A DNA stretch of 37,077 nt from Tubiluchus corallicola (taxonomy: Eukaryota; Animalia; Priapulida): positions 1 to 37,077 of the forward strand of contig JAQGDQ010002439.1 of NCBI GenBank assembly GCA_030141605.1, read 5' to 3'. This document shows, piece by piece, positions 34,663-37,077 of the stretch (position 1 is the first letter of the stretch; every line of letters begins with the position of its first letter). Below the pieces are notes generated by a model, which did not search any database, was not told the origin of the DNA, and saw only the letters and a program-made list of their open reading frames with translations. The translations under genes and the position numbers were made by a program.

Positions 34663-37077
34663 TTAGTTGTTCTGCCAAGTGAGAACAGGCCATTGACCAT
34701 TACCCCGCCATTGCCAAGTTTCAGTGCCACCGTCACTAATAGACCAACCTTCAAAAACTCTTTCAGTACCATTGCCATCTTCCTCTTCATCTATATATCC
34801 ATCTCCATCTTTCACCAGGTGAACTCCTGAAGAAACACCCATCTCTTCAGTTCCAGCAGAAGTATCTTGCTCCGTACTGGCCTTATCCCAGTAGCAGTAA
34901 CTGGTAGGAGTAGTTCCAATACCATCAAACCCTATCAAGCCGCCGACATTACCCGTTCCATATACTCTGCCCGTAGCATAGCAGTTTTCAATAGGAACAT
35001 TAGGTCTAAAGCACCCCACCAAGCCGCCGACATTATCATCTCCTTCTACACTGGCTGTAGCATAGCTGTCTTTAATAGTAGAATTCCCTGAATGCCACCC
35101 CACCAGGCCACCAATATACTTGCTGCCTTCTACACTGCCTGTAACGTAACATCTGTCAATAATAGAAGTCTTACCTGTAGTAGTACCTAAATTCCCCACC
35201 AGGCCACCAATAGCAGTACCAGTTGTCGTAAAACTATTCGTAGCATAACTCGAAGTAATAGTAATGTCACGCGCATACCCCACCAGGCCGCCGATAGCAG
35301 ACACTGACGACACCACATTATTATCCGTAGCATAACTCGAAGTGATAATGCTAGAAGTCGTAGGCGAATAATAGTTCGTACTCCCCACCAAGCCACCAGT
35401 AAAGTTTGATCCAGTCACGCTATTATTCGTAGCATAACTCGAGGTAATAATAACGCTATTACGCACACGCCCCACCAGGCCACCAACATAATTAGAAGTA
35501 CTTTTAATACTACCATCCGTAACGTAACTGTTGCTAATATTAGAATTGGTGTCAGCAGTGCCACTAGTATACCCCACCAGACTACCGACGTTCTCTCCTT
35601 TCGCATCTACAAAGGGCTCAACTATCCCCACATTCTCAATGGTTGCTTCCGAAGCATAGCCAAACAGACCTGTATTATTACCAGACGTTCTCTTTATATA
35701 TAATTTGCTTATCACATTGTTCTGTCCATCAAATGAGCCTTTAAACGCGGAATTATTCCCCACAGGGTCAAAGCCTGTTTCAGGAAGAGCATCCGGGAAA
35801 GTGCCTCCTGTTTGAGAGGGGGCAGGGAAGGTTATATCATTTTCCACTGTGTAGTCGCCGACTAAATCATACTTCATCCCCTGCAAGTCCTGCCATGTTT
35901 TTATCATGTACTGCTCCTTGGAAATGTTGGTATGAGTAGCACTTCGCTCTGCCACTCCTGCTGTAGAAAGCCTTAACTCTATAGACAGGTTTTTGTCGCT
36001 ACCTATACCCTTCCAGTCATCTAAAGCCATAGTGTTATTGATTACTCCTTCACCTCCTGTTACTGTAACCGTTCCTGTGATTTCTGTATTTCCCTCTATG
36101 GACAAGCCGTAGCTCCAAGCTCCATCTATCAGGTTGCTTATCTCAAAAAGATTAGTCTTTTCGAAATCACCAGCGCCCACTCTGTTTTCATTGTTGTAGC
36201 TAACTGCTTTAAGTGTTGGTCGGTTGGTTATTGTAACTGTATATGTTTTTGAGTTATCTCCGTCTTGTGATGTTACAATGTAATCCACATCAGATGCAAA
36301 GTCCTGCAAATCAGCTTCTAATGGACTCACGCTAGCTCCCCCAGAGATCTCTAAAACAGACGGAGCTATATCACTTAAGTTTGTCCCATATACTTCAACC
36401 TCTCCCGTAATCGTGCCCGCTTCGTCATCAATACTTATGTTTTTTACTCCATTAATACCAAAGTCTGTGATTAGCGCCTCTGAGTTAAGCTCTATCTCTA
36501 CTGTAACAGTATAGTCCTGTGTATCTCCATTTTGGGCAGTAACAGTGTACACCACATTGTTTGTAAAGTTCACTTGCTCCTCGTTCCCAGGAGAAACAGA
36601 TGCATTGTCCGAAATAACAATAGTTGGAATAAGTGCCGTTACATCTGTTCCGTAAGGTACAGTAAGTGATACCGTTTTATCAGTTTCATTTACAACACCG
36701 AATACATCTGGGAATGGATTGTTTGCATCGAGAAAATCGAAACTTTTAATCTCTTTCTCAGTGCTTTCATCTTCAATAACTGTTACAGTATATTGCTGTG
36801 TATCTCCATTTTGGGCAGTAACAGTGTACACCACATTGTTTGTAAAGTTCACTTGCTCCTCGTTCCCAGGAGAAACAGATGCATTGTCCGAAATAACAAT
36901 AGTTGGAATAAGTGCCGTTACATTTGTTCCGTAAGGTACAGTAAGTGATACTGTTTTAGCAGCTTCATTTACAACACCGAATACATCTGGGAATGGATTG
37001 TTTGCATCGAGAAAATCGAAACTTTCAATCTTTTTCTCAGTGTTTTCATCTTCAATAACTGTTACAGTATATTGCTG
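34663..37077 (-). CDS. large surface protein: tandem DUF5018-like Ig domains plus GLUG-motif beta-helix; 5' end outside the window
   Basis: Frame is open from the window edge (805 codons); 93-aa repeats ending YTVTAQNGDTQxYTVTV; C-terminal IKTWQDLQ, FKGSFDGQ, GLFG and repeated (V/I)GGLVG; ends QWPVLTWQ. Confidence 0.85.
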   Translation of the reverse strand, partial: QQYTVTVIEDENTEKKIESFDFLDANNPFPDVFGVVNEAAKTVSLTVPYGTNVTALIPTIVISDNASVSPGNEEQVNFTNNVVYTVTAQNGDTQQYTVTVIEDESTEKEIKSFDFLDANNPFPDVFGVVNETDKTVSLTVPYGTDVTALIPTIVISDNASVSPGNEEQVNFTNNVVYTVTAQNGDTQDYTVTVEIELNSEALITDFGINGVKNISIDDEAGTITGEVEVYGTNLSDIAPSVLEISGGASVSPLEADLQDFASDVDYIVTSQDGDNSKTYTVTITNRPTLKAVSYNNENRVGAGDFEKTNLFEISNLIDGAWSYGLSIEGNTEITGTVTVTGGEGVINNTMALDDWKGIGSDKNLSIELRLSTAGVAERSATHTNISKEQYMIKTWQDLQGMKYDLVGDYTVENDITFPAPSQTGGTFPDALPETGFDPVGNNSAFKGSFDGQNNVISKLYIKRTSGNNTGLFGYASEATIENVGIVEPFVDAKGENVGSLVGYTSGTADTNSNISNSYVTDGSIKSTSNYVGGLVGRVRNSVIITSSYATNNSVTGSNFTGGLVGSTNYYSPTTSSIITSSYATDNNVVSSVSAIGGLVGYARDITITSSYATNSFTTTGTAIGGLVGNLGTTTGKTSIIDRCYVTGSVEGSKYIGGLVGWHSGNSTIKDSYATASVEGDDNVGGLVGCFRPNVPIENCYATGRVYGTGNVGGLIGFDGIGTTPTSYCYWDKASTEQDTSAGTEEMGVSSGVHLVKDGDGYIDEEEDGNGTERVFEGWSISDGGTETWQWRGNGQWPVLTWQNN
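36501..37077 (-). repeat. 279-bp tandem repeat (two full units plus the start of a third)
   Basis: Units 36501-36779, 36780-37058 and 37059-edge; about 10 mismatches between the full units by eye. Confidence 0.95.

Noticed and set aside
192-36934. Remaining short ORFs overlapping annotated genes in antisense or alternative frames
   Set aside because: Shadow ORFs of well-supported genes with no independent evidence
36501-37077. Diversity-generating retroelement TR/VR pair
   Set aside because: Repeats are tandem and in-frame within one CDS, mismatches are not adenine-specific, and there is no reverse transcriptase in the window

Overview
Chromosomal segment of a Bacteroidota bacterium. The phylum call rests on TAnnTTTG promoters, a T9SS-type cargo protein, a SAM-II-type leader on metK, and the folP-cdaA and xerD/aroQ-pyk synteny; Bacteroidales/Marinilabiliales is an inference. 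Housekeeping and metabolic genes: recJ, xylA, xylB, metK, folP, cdaA, an MscS channel, pckA, xerD, aroQ, pyk, lolA, ftsK, a YidE/YbjL-family transporter, an aspartate aminotransferase and a TIGR01212-like radical SAM protein. Between xylB and metK lies an accessory zone (~5.4-11.2 kb) punctuated by three degenerate copies of an unannotated, modular, hairpin-rich non-coding element (one inverted copy, two direct copies). These bracket a decayed LRR surface-protein gene, an internally deleted IS1595 remnant, a CarboxypepD_reg-like protein and an 807-aa lipoprotein resembling an unclassified glycoside hydrolase. A frameshifted IS256 with intact ends and target duplication follows pyk. The right end holds a T9SS protein with a lamin-tail-like domain and a large GLUG-repeat surface protein with near-identical 279-bp tandem repeats running off the window. 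No rRNA, tRNA or CRISPR array was seen.
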